Shown piece by piece: positions 52,975 through 64,000 of a DNA stretch of 64,000 nucleotides; positions within the stretch are counted from its first letter, which is position 1; each line of letters opens with the position of its first letter. The position numbers were made by a program, and so were the translations under genes. The stretch is from Rhynchopus sp. YZ270_cl-10 (lineage: Eukaryota), in contig OZ037842.1 of the NCBI GenBank assembly GCA_964035575.1, forward strand, positions 744,001-808,000, read 5' to 3'. The notes beneath the pieces are model-generated. The model was not told the DNA's origin, did not search any database, and was given only the letters and a program-made list of their open reading frames with translations.

Positions 52975-53655
52975 CAAGCATGTCCTTAAATCCGGGAAAA
53001 ATCAGGATTTTTCTGATTTTTAAATCTCAAAATTTTCTTATAGAAAAAAAATTTTTCGCGCTGCGCGCGAAAATTTTTCGCGCACAACAGGAGAAGATAT
53101 TTTTTTGTTGTTGTAGGCCCGCAGTGCGGGGTGGTCACATTTTTCCCCCCACCACAGTGCCTTATCCAAGAATCGGATTTCAAGATTTTTGGGGTCAGTT
53201 TGTGTTTCCCCCAAGATGTTTTTCAGTTCTGACCAGCGAAGACATTGGGAACATAGGGAACTGTATTTTATTTTCCTTTTGCGGAGCAAAAGGAATAACA
53301 CAAAACGGCGCCGCAGGCGAAAAAATAATAGGGTACGGTGTAAAATGTAGCTTTTCACACTACAGAGTCAGTCAACGAACCCTTTTTTGCGGAGCAAAAA
53401 AGAAATAAATAATGGCGCCGCAGGCAAAAAAAATTAGGGGGCAACCTGGGATTTCACGGTGCGGTCAGTAACTCAGTTCCCCAGGGTACTCCCGTGGTTC
53501 AACCACTGTTCTACCAGGAAATTATTCCGACCTCCCTAAATAAGACACTGCCCCATATCCATATGAAAATTTTTTCACCGGCAAAAATAAAATTTTCTTA
53601 TAAAATTTTCTTATAGAAAATCCTGAATCCTAAATCCGATTTAGAGGACAGCATG
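52975..53655. mobile_element. hAT-type MITE inserted in a short hairpin-polyA repeat
   Basis: Imperfect TIR CAAGCATGTCCTTAAATC / CATGCTGTCCTCTAAATC; 8-bp TSD ATCCTATT (52967-74, 53656-63). Confidence 0.8.
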
Positions 53656-55814
53656 ATCCTATTAAAAAAAAAAAAAAAATGGGGGATTTCGTGTGCAGAC
53701 TACCTCAACTGATGCGCAAAGCAATCGTCGAGGGGGTAAAAGATAGTAACGAATTTTGTGCTATTTCCTGATACCTTTTGGGCAGAAATATGCAGATTAG
53801 TTAGGTCATATGCCTGGTTAAGTTTTAGGGCAGTGTTTTTCCGTTTGCACTACAATCATCACTAACAATAGAAGAAGTCAAGTATTCGCTTTGTTATTGC
53901 ACAAGAGAAAACAAAAAGTTGACTTGAAATACAAAGCCCCTCTCATGACAGTGCACCTTGGTATAACCGGCTGTACCGGGGGTGGACAACCAAAAAAAGT
54001 TTGCGGTGATTCTAAGCTCATGCTCAGTCACATCGATCAAAAAAATTGCTTGGTATAAATGTACAACACCCGTCCAAGAAAAAAGAAAAAAAAGAGAAGT
54101 TGAAAGTGCAAACGCTTGACAGAAGGGGAAAACAAATAACTGAGAAGAGGATGGCAACGAACACAAATATAGTTCAGAAAAAGACAGTGCACACACACAC
54201 AGATATGTCAAAAATCACCACCCCCCTCCTCCAACACGTACTGCCTTCTGCGAAGAGTTGGCTGCACTCATTAAAGACCCCCTGATGACACTGGGGCTTT
54301 GTGAGAAGAAATCGGCAAGCAGGGTCAAACATAGACGGAGGAGATGACACTTGAAGAAATGACTGAGGAAAGAGACAATTTTTTTTTGAAAGATGAAGTG
54401 GGTCGCACATATTTTTCAAAAAAAAAAATATAAAATCGGGGTGGTGAAGTTGCCTTGTGCAAAAACACCTCTAAAAAAAAAAGAGAAAATTTGAAAGATG
54501 AATGTGTCTCTCATGCACACATCAGAACGAGTCTTGTGGCATGTCTTAACAAAAAGGGGGGAAAAGCAGAATACCCGAAACGGCGTTCTCAAGCCATATT
54601 TTTTTGCATACATTCTGATAAAAATAACCCCCCTTCCAAGAAGGTACGTTGTGATCAAAATGTGTGAGGAGAACGTTGTTTTGGCCTCCTCCTATAGTGG
54701 CCGAACAATTAGTTTCATTTTCTTTCCATTCAGGCGACCAGAAAGCACGTTGAGAAGTAACGCATACTTCAGCATCCAATCCAGATGGAACAAGAGTGCT
54801 ATTTTCGATGAACGCAAGCATGGCCTCGTGTTTTTTTGTCCATAACTGGAGACCTGAAGTCAAGAGATCAAAATCAGCCCCCGTCAATAAGACAGTTTCG
54901 CTATTGTCGGGTTGGTCCAAAACATAAAATGTGAATTCGACAGTACAAACGCAAAAAAGAATGCCCCGCAAAACTCATCTATAAAAAAACAAACTCTATC
55001 CTGGGTTAAGACAAGGGGGCGGGGGTGACAAGGTACATTCGAAGATTTGATATGCGCCCCTCTCAAAGAAAGCAAAACAATGCAACGCAGACATCTCTTC
55101 GGATTTGCAGGCACGTGAAAGAAACGTTTGCGAGATGAAACCTATCGTCGTCACCATGAAGAGAAAATGAATGATCACAATCGTTATCGTAAAGCTTTGC
55201 ACAACGAGACTATCGGGGGTTAGATCATTTTCCCCATCCCGAGTTCGGAAATTATTAGGGTTGGCTTATCAAAGTTGCCATTTTGAATGAAAAATAAAGG
55301 GATCGTCCAAAGGGTCCTCGTAGGGTGCCACATCATGTCCTTCAGAAACAAGATAGCAGCCCCGAATACGAAATGAATCCAGTCTAAAAGGTGAAAGGGG
55401 AAAAGAGAAAATTTGAAAGGTGAAGGTGGCACTTGTGTTTCTAAAAAAAATCGAAATGGGATTGTCTGCAAACCCCAGCTCTTCCAATCAGGCAATCAGG
55501 CATCTCAAAAAAACGGGTCTTAGAGATTCTTTAAAGAGTCAAAGTTGGTAGAGATGGTACTAAGCCTCTCATGTGTCGTCACCTTGAAGAGAAAAATGAA
55601 AGACGAATGTGCCTCATGTGAACGTCCATCTCATAAAAAGGAAAAAAAAAAAAGAAAAAACGCCGAAAGCAATACACAAGAAAAGCTATTATAAAAACAC
55701 AAGAAAGGCTAGGGGTAGAACTGTGAGACACTTCTTCCAAAAAAGCAACAAAAAAAATGAGAACGAAGACAGAAGCACAAATGGGGGGAAACACACACAC
55801 ACACACACACACAC

Positions 55815-56533
55815 GTCCTGGGCTGGACGGTAAATTGCATCCGGGGGTATATGGCGCCTCCAGAAGCCCTATGAAGAACCCTGAGGGTTAAACGTCACCC
55901 CCCTTTTTACCCCTTTTGTTTTGTGACGGTCAGTCCAGTGGGCAACCTGCATTGCACCTCGCAGGCCCCATTGCCACACCCTGGGTGGTGAAGTGTGCCG
56001 ACTGTACAACTGCCCAAAGTCAGGCCAAGCTCATTGCACTGAGGGAGCTTGCCACATCCTCGGGTGAGGTGTGCTGCCTGGAAAGACATTCAACTTTTAT
56101 TTAGCCATAGTACCTTTTTTCCGCAGAGACTGTTCAAAATGGTCACAGGCGCCGCAGCTACACCACTAGTTGGTGTTTCATGGTAAGTGCGTCATACCGC
56201 CATGTATCACAGGGCAGGTGCCCGCGAAGATGAAAACCCCACAGGGTGAAGATCAAATCCTGATGTTGAATGACGGTTGGAGAAATTGATTTTGTATACC
56301 CCCCGCTCCAATCGTCCGCGAAGAACCCTCCCCCTTTTTATTTTATTTATTCGTAAGGAGTCACCTAAACCGTATCAATAAGCCGTAGCCTCTCCCTCAA
56401 TATGGCTGGTAGAAGTGACAAGTGGGCCATACTCCGTTCAGGCGTTACCCACTCTAAACCCGTTATCAAACACACACACACACACACATTGGGGCCATAT
56501 TCTGAGCAAGAATTACCCCTACTAGTTATCAAA
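55815..56533 (+). mobile_element. Non-autonomous retroelement plus a second 45-bp 3' fragment, both inserted in (CA)n
   Basis: (CA)n on both sides of each piece; both end GTTATCAAA; a third copy at 37733-37770 is also CA-flanked. Confidence 0.6.
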
Positions 56534-57052
56534 CACACACACACACAACTGCTCGTTGCGTCCCCTGCAATAATACTAGCCTGCCTACCCCCTAGCATGA
56601 GGCCTGAGGGTAGCTAATTACAGTTAGGTACACAAAAGAAAGCGGAAACCCAGTAAGAAACACAGGACCTCTTTCTCCCTGTATTATTGGACCCCCCTCT
56701 GTGAGCGGTGTGTATCAACAGTATCGTTATGGTGTGCCTCACAAACTAATGCGATGGAGAGACCACAAACAGTTTGTACAGAGAGAGCACTATCTCCAAG
56801 AAGAGACACTGATTAATGCGCATCAGCCAGGCGCCAACTGCAATACAAAAACCCCCTCTCCCCCTCCCCTCCCAAGAAAAGAGACAACACTGAACACATG
56901 AATGACTGCCTCTCGCAGCTGCATCAAAATAAACTCGCAAAAAAAAAAAAAAAAACACAGTTCATTTAAAAAAGATTGGCTTTTTGTGTGAATGTAAACA
57001 GAAACAAAGGTAGGAAGACCTGCAGCTTCCCAATGATATCAAAATAACTATT

Positions 57053-57238
57053 TATTGCATGATGTAAAGTGCACTTTATATCACGAGGGAGCTATGGTTC
57101 CGAGTTGTAGGTTTTAGTACACGAGCGCAGCGAGTGTACTAATAAATTTTATGACCACGAGCGAAGCGAGTGGTCATAATATGCAACTCGGAACCATAGC
57201 TCCCGAGTTATATGAAGTGCGCTTTACAGAATGCAATA
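57053..57238. repeat. T-shaped (A-B-B'-C-C'-A') palindrome
   Basis: Perfect 21-bp stem 57087-57107/57184-57204 within a roughly 55-bp arm; two inner hairpins with GAGCGMAGCGA loops. Confidence 0.85.
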
Positions 57239-57244
57239 CGATAT

Positions 57245-58102
57245 TTTATCTCACGGGGATATAAACGAGCGCTTGATTTTGCGATTTTTGCTGTAAAAAA
57301 GTGACGTAAAGTAGGCTTCGTCACGTATTTTTGGCTTGGGATAGGTGGGAGAGTGACATAAAGCTTATTCATATGGGTGTAGGGAGAAGGAGAGGTTGTG
57401 TTGGTGATGCAAGACGGGTAGGAGTTTCATGTTTGACGCTGACAATCCCACTTTGAAGGCTACCCATTCTCCCACTTGCCAAAGTAGGCGCCTCTCGATG
57501 CTGATCTCTTGAGTAAAGGGGGGCCCCGAATAAGTTAATACCCCCAAATAATAGCTATTTTCCCAAATAACTTTTTATACTGCGTATACTGTGCATACTG
57601 TGTATACTGTGTATACTGTGTATACTGTGTATACTGTGTATACTGTGTATACTGTGTATACTGTGTATACTGTGTATACTGTGTATACTGTGTATACTGT
57701 GTATACTGTGTATACTGTGTATACTGTGTATACTGTGTATACTGTGTATACTGTGTATACTGTGTATACTGTGTATACTGTGTATACTGTGTATACTGTG
57801 TATACTGTGTATACTGTGTATACTGTGTATACTGTGTATACTGTGTATACTGTGTATACTGTGTATACTGTGTATACTGTGTATACTGTGTATACTGTGG
57901 AAATTTGTTGTTGTGTTGAGTTTTTGTAGTGTGGACACCTGCGTGATGATAAAGTATATTATGTCATGACATAAAGCTTTATGTCACGATCCCAGCTATC
58001 CCAAGCCAAAAATACGTGACGTAAAGCCTACTTTACGTCACGCTTTTTTACAGCTAAAATCGCAAAAATCAAGGGCGAGTTTATATCACTAGTGAGATAA
58101 AA
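57245..58102. mobile_element. Foldback element with about 120-bp inverted arms enclosing a satellite
   Basis: 57245-57366 is the near reverse complement of 57974-58102 (TTTATCTCAC...GTGAGATAAA). Confidence 0.75.
57576..57899 (-). repeat. 9-bp satellite (CACAGTATA)n, about 36 copies, inverted relative to the 33026 array
   Basis: Tandem (TATACTGTG)n on the + strand. Confidence 0.97.
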
Positions 58103-58957
58103 ACTTGAAAGATGATTGATGCTTCTCGATGCCCTGGTGTGAGGCGATGAGAAAGGTTCGGCAAGAATAACCTTGTGCAGTCAAACAACCAGCGGGGGAG
58201 GGGGGAGAGAAGGAATGGTGATTAGCTAGGTGGGTTCCAGCTCGCTGGGGTCAAATGATTATGTGTGTCGTGATTGCTCGGATAAAAACAAATAAAAACA
58301 AGTTGTCACTCCTTCCGACAGAAGGGATCAAACAAAAGAAAAGAGAAGTTAAAAGCGCAACGGCCTCACCACTTCATCGGCGCACGCAGACACAAATTCT
58401 CCGCAATTAAAGTAAAAATTGCCAGATGATAAAAGGACACACTACTTCCTTAGGTCAGAGTTCTCAACGTGTTGAAAGCCTCAGAACCCCACCCTAGGTA
58501 GAGAAAAAAAAAAAAGTGAGAGTGATGTGAGTTCCTCTTTTGTGTAACAATTCGTTCAAAAAATATTTACCATCCCAACTAAAAAAAGGCAAGATATGGG
58601 TGAGGTTTGCTACACACTCTGCAATGAAAAATAGTGTAAAAAAAAACAAACAAAAACACCTCATTGCGTTCATGATTACAAACCAGCCCTTTTTGTCCAT
58701 CCTTACATCATTGTCTTAGTCACCCAGAGGTTCGTAACGACATTTTCGCATAAAGACCGATCCGGAGCAAAACCAACACCCTTCCCCCCACTACCTCGTT
58801 AACAAGAACTTTTTTTTTTTAAAGGTTGGTCAGATGAACCCAAGACTCGGTTTAATCACCAAATAATTATGCTAGACATAAAACTGCGAACTGAGTGCCG
58901 CATCCCCCCCTGACCCCTCACCTTTTGATGCATTTACCATCAAAATACACCTTTAGG

Positions 58958-61900
58958 TTAGTCACCCTTATCAAACTTTATGGTTCTGGCTGTAGATTGG
59001 GGACGGTGTTTGAGTGCTTCCAGCATGGGAGGCAGGCCTCCGGGGGGGGTCGAGCGGTGGCGGCGGGCTGAGGAGATTGCTCTGGTTGAGAGGCTGCGGC
59101 GTGTGGAGAAGCTTCGGTTCTCTTCAACCGAGGCCGGCTTGGTGCACCATGTATCAGCACGCTCCCAGGACCCCGCAGACCCGAAGCTGGACGTCCCTGG
59201 GAAGTCCATCTCTGTCTGTGCATACAACGAATCCATTCGTGCCGGCGCAGTGTCCTCTGCGATAATTGTTTGATAAACAGCTTCGCTCTTTCTCCGTCGC
59301 CGCAACCGATAAGGCGAAGGCCCCAACGGTGGACTACTGTTCGGTCCCAACGCAGTCTCCATCTCACACCCAGAAATGTTAGACGAAGTCGGGCTAGGCG
59401 CCGGGATTTCCTCCCGAAAGTCGGTCTGTGTGGTAAACTTCTTCACAACGTACTCTGCACACAGAATAATGATATATCCGGAGAGAAGTGTCATGGAAAA
59501 GACTAGACACTGTTGTGTGAAGCTTGCGGAGCTTGCTAGGCTTTGTGTTAATTCGTATAAGACGAGGGAAATGACTAAGGCGAGAAGTGGTTTGAAGGAG
59601 ACGGAGATGAAGTACATAAGGCTGTGGATGTTGATGTGGCTGTAGACAGCGCTGGTGGCGAGGAGGGAGGCCGCGTAGATGAGCATGTCGCGCAGGATGA
59701 TTTGGTTGGGTGAGATGGCGTTGCCCTGCAGTGTTGTGGCGACGTGCGAGATCAGGCCAAATGGCATGAAAGCGGTGATGCCTTTGCCAATGGGGGTGCG
59801 ATTGTCCTTCAGCCACTCAAGCACCTCTTCAAAGGGGCGCAACACCCACGTCACCCAATGTTTCGATATCTCCGTGCCAATGAAGATCGTCAGATTCCAC
59901 GTACGCGAGATAATGTTCCCAATGACCTGCCTCGCGGAGTTCATCATGCTCCACCGCACCGCTGTCTCAGCCGTGCTGCTGACAGTCGCAGTCACATCCA
60001 TCGATGACTTCAGCTTAAAAAGCGACAAACAGTTCATCCCAAACGTCCTCAAATGCAGCATATAAAAGCTTGCCCCCTGGTACATCTGCTGCAGCAGTGT
60101 GAATAAGTTGCCAAGCCCATTCCCAAACCATTTCGGAACCCGCGCAACAGATGTAAAAACACGGATCACCGCCATAGCAGAGCCAGACATGATGTTCCAC
60201 ATATTCACAATGACCTGCACCCACAACCTGATCGCAGTGGTGCATGCGGCTGCCAGGTCTGCCACATAGGGAAGCAACATCGACACAATATATGCTTTCG
60301 TCTCAGCAAGCGCCCTGTTGTGAAAGAGTTGTTTTTTTTTTCTTTTCCTGCATTACCAGGGGTTAAGTTAGCTTTTTTTTTTTCTCGCTGAGTCGGGTTT
60401 TCTGGGTTTTTTTCGGTTTTTCTGGATTTTGCGAAAAATAACCCATTCCCTCCGCGAGCGTAGCGAGCGGAAAAAAAATTCCGCAATTTTTGGGCAAAGT
60501 TCAAAAATCCCACCAAAAAATGGGGGGACCCTGGGGATTTTTGGATTTGTCCTAACAATTTTGGAGCATAAATTTGAAGAACAGGACTGGTGTACCCCTC
60601 ACCAACCTCAGTTCCCACTTCCTGCCTCATCCGCACTCTCGCAACACTAGTACTGAACCCGAAGTTCGCCAGAGATCCCTGTTGCCTCTTCATATGAATA
60701 ATTCCCAGTTCTGACGGGGGTTTGTTTGGGTCGGGAGGATATTTTTTTTCTTAGAGGGTGGGGCGGGAGGGGGCTCCGCCCCCACCCCTACCCCACCTTC
60801 CCAGCCTACACCACCCAAAAATTTGGATTTTTTTTTTTTTTTTCAGATTCCATTTTTTTTTTTTTTTTTTTGAAAACCCAGAAACCCGCCCTAACTTAAC
60901 CCCTGTGCATTACTAAAACTTTTGGACTCTTCTCTAAGACTAACAAAACATCGTCCACCTACAAGCTTTACCGCTTCGCGCAGTAAATAAAAACCAGGAA
61001 AGAAAGACAGGGTGAAAGATGAATACCCACACACATCTTAAGAAAAGTTAGTAATCATCACCTACTTAAATTATGAAAAATTGTGCGCACACAAAAAAGT
61101 AGAGAAATACAAAGCCCTCTCGTGACAGTGTACCTCAAAAAAAAAGGGGGTAGGATGGCATACGTGAACAACGGTATACTCGTGGTGAAGTCCCATGCAG
61201 AGCAAAGCGTCCACGACACCCAGGACATCACGATGCCAATGTCTTCGACAAAGGTGAGGACGACACTCCGCCACCAGTCGCTCAGTGCCGCCCACACGTA
61301 CTCCACAAAGGGCTCAAATACGTACCAAACGGCGCTCTTCGCCACACCCAGACACGACAGCACAACCTCCTCTGCGTACGTCGCACCCGAAGCAATGTAG
61401 TGCACCAAGCCACGTATAGTCTCAAAGGAACGGTACAGATCTACCAATGCAGCCACCAGCGTCACAATCGGCCAGATGATGCAGATCGTCTGCACAAGAC
61501 TCCGTATCCTGTTGTGGGGGGTATTTGTGTGTCGTTCTGAACATTTCTGACCCATATATTTAAAAGAGAAATCGAGACACCGCCTAAAGACAATAGGGAT
61601 ATGCTTGCACAGATGGCAACTACACAAAAGCAATGTATCGAGAAAAAAATTACCGTCGGGTATTGTATCGGTTCTGTACGCAATGCTACCTTTTCGGGCT
61701 AGGATATTCGCATAGACATCCCTTAAAAGGGAGTTTGGGAACTCTCCTTTTCGATAAAGTAGGAAAACCATACCAGGTTCTATAGTAAATGTTTCTTTGC
61801 GACATGAACATCGTCCAGCTGGGCAGGCCGCTTTCGACGAGACGAAGCTGCTCACTGTTTTGCGGCTTGCGGAGCACCTTCCAGAGGGAGAACGGGAGCT

Positions 61901-63346
61901 CCGGGGCGGAGTCGTCACCAAAGTACAACACCACCATATTGGTATGCACAAGCGACGACAGCTCTACGTCCTTCAATTCCACATCACTTTGCGTGGGCCT
62001 TAGGGGCAACTCTTCGGGGGCTTCCCGCCCGGTACTGGACTCAATGAGAAGCGCGAGGTGTTCCAGATCTGCATAGCTGTGTTGTGGATGGGTCACCATA
62101 TTGTCTAAAGAGGTGGACCAGTTGGCGGGGCTCAGTTCCACCAGGGGTGATGATGTGCCGGAAAGCGAGAGCATGTCGTAACCACCTTTGGAGGATTCTG
62201 CTAAGAGCCGCAGATGCCGCAGTGGATGCGACGGTCCAGCAGCCACCGCTGCAGCAACTGCAGCAGCCAGCACCACTGCTGCAGGGGGTGCGATGCGATG
62301 ATGCAAAAAGTCCCCCAAAGCCCGCTCCGTAGGAAACCACCACTTATACACCTCTCGTGTCTCGATCGTCCACCGCCCATCGGAAGTGATGTTATTGCTG
62401 TAGTCCATCCCACTCACCCCAGAGAAGGGGATCTCATAGAGAATAACGCCTTCCCGTTTGTGCAGCGGCAGGTCGTACAGATCGCCCCCTGAGAAAAGGA
62501 TTGGATAAGAAAGGGAAATAATGTTGGGAGGTGTGTAATGTTGAAAAGGGTGTGGTGAGGATAGACGCAGATCGTAAGGTAGGTGTTTTTGTTATGTTGT
62601 CGATCATCGCTACTAAGGTGCGTTCTGTAGCGTCGTCGCCCGAAGGGGCTAGGACGTACAGACGCAAATATCATCCTTAAGTGTGCCAGAGATGAGGCAT
62701 TGGGAACTATTGTTGCCCTGTCTGAATAATAATTCTGAATATTTTTAGAGGTGGTATGTATACCTGTGATGAGGAGGAAGGAGGCGACGTCCATGAAGCG
62801 CCGCCACAGCCAGGAGCTGGACTCTGCGTAGCGACTGCGCGAGGGGAAGAGCATGAAGGTGTAGGACTGGCGTGCGTCGCAGGGGACCCAACAGATCTGG
62901 GTCTTGCCCGCGACGGGTGTGTGCGAGGGTTCAGAGTAGGTGGCATGTTCGGTTAGGGTGCTGGGGTGGGACGCGACTTGCCGCGAGTCAATGAGAAAGC
63001 GGAGGAGGGGGTGCCGTTCGAAGTACTTCGCAGTCTGCCTGATCTGCACACCTAGCAGCCACTTCTGCAGGTAGCGCAGACAGAGCTCGTGCAGGACAGA
63101 CCTCCGCATGAGCACCATGCACTTATCCTTGACACGCGACAGCTCCGACAGCATCAGGTCATCGTGCGCCATCTCCGCCACGGCCCCGTCAGAGAAGGCG
63201 GTGCTCCGCTCACCCTCCACCATGTACGCACTGCACGTCTCCCCCATGCTCCCGTCAGGGTCATGCCGCCCGTTGTGCCTGGGATACCCTGCGTCCTCAC
63301 ATGTGTCATGAAAGTATGTGTCTCTTTCAACACCGACCTCCCCCAT
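58958..63346 (-). CDS. Spliced gene of about 999 aa, multi-TM hypothetical protein (exons 63346-62764, 62488-61774, 61508-61164, 60314-58958)
   Basis: Three GT-AG introns (CAG|GTATAC..TTTTCTCAG; CTG|GTATGG..CACAACAG; CAC|GTATGC..CACAACAG) join four separate ORFs in frame; exons total 3000 nt; may extend upstream via the AG at 63360. Confidence 0.75.
60357..60905. mobile_element. hAT-type MITE in intron 3
   Basis: Perfect 15-bp TIR CAGGGGTTAAGTTAG; 8-bp TSD TGCATTAC (60349-56, 60906-13). Confidence 0.92.
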
Positions 63347-64000
63347 GAAGGTTCGTATCCTGTAAAAAAAGGTAAAATAAACTATAAATCGTACTTAGTC
63401 ACCCAAATCAGATGGCCCAACCCCCTAAGACCCATAATGATGCGAACAACAAACGCGTGTTGCATTGTCGGTGTGGATTAGAAGAAAGAGTGCGTGCCAC
63501 CCTCGCGACCGCCCTGAAGACAAAGGGGTAGGTGGGGGTGTGTCTGTGGTTTGTTTGACTACTTTAGCGATTCAGTGTTAACACACAAACGATGCTTCGT
63601 AGGATGGGATATAAAAAGGGCATCACAAAGAATCATTGTTTCAGCCATTGGTGTGGCACAGCAAAACAATGCATCAAAGGAAAATCAGCAAGATGCACTG
63701 TCCTCACGGATGTGGACATCTGCAAAAAGAAGAATGATAATGCAAACGCCTCTGGGACGCAGGCAGTCAACAAAGAAAAGCAAATAAACAAAGAAATCCT
63801 GAGAGATGAATGTGGTTTGAGTGACACACATCTTTCATAGAAAGGCTGGAGCAGATAATGTAGCCTAAGTTTGCTTTCCCCGAACGCATCACATCCGCAA
63901 AAAAAAGAACAGATAAGCAAGTGTGATCATCAGGGTTTGCAAACACAATGCCTGTAGACAGCCCGTCTCAGGTTGGCCACTGGCCGCCATTTTTTGGGTG

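Noticed and set aside
54279..54340. CCCTGATGAC...CAGGGTC resembling the SIDER/ingi 5' signature
   Set aside because: Too short, and the remaining ribozyme helices cannot be built
54546..55495. Moderately coding-looking short minus-strand ORFs
   Set aside because: No consistent frame, motif or convincing splice chain; may be decayed exons

Overview
Eukaryotic, probably euglenozoan DNA. A diplonemid-like host is inferred from the trypanosomatid-style histone folds, the placement of every host gene on one strand, and canonical GT-AG introns. (1) 0.4-9.3 kb: two tandem units of a highly divergent histone quintet (H2B-H2A-H3-H1-like-H4). H2A and H2B carry extra Lys-rich C-terminal tails with SPKK-type motifs, and an astacin/CBM1-like gene sits inside one unit. 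(2) A SHIPPO-repeat gene. (3) A full-length 7-kb CRE-clade non-LTR retrotransposon. Its 5' end is an HDV-like ribozyme, and its single ORF reads signal/TM leader - MRGG - OTU - ZnF - RT - RLE - second OTU - ZnF. (4) Q-rich, giant FN3, small TM and rhomboid-like genes, two cyclic-nucleotide-gated K+ channel paralogues, and a 4-exon membrane protein gene. The AT-rich intergenic DNA holds MITEs with 8-bp TSDs, 9-bp satellites, a T-shaped palindrome, a Crypton-like recombinase relic, and many short hairpins that look like retroelement 3' ends in A-runs or (CA)n. All calls come from reading the sequence; no database searches were run.
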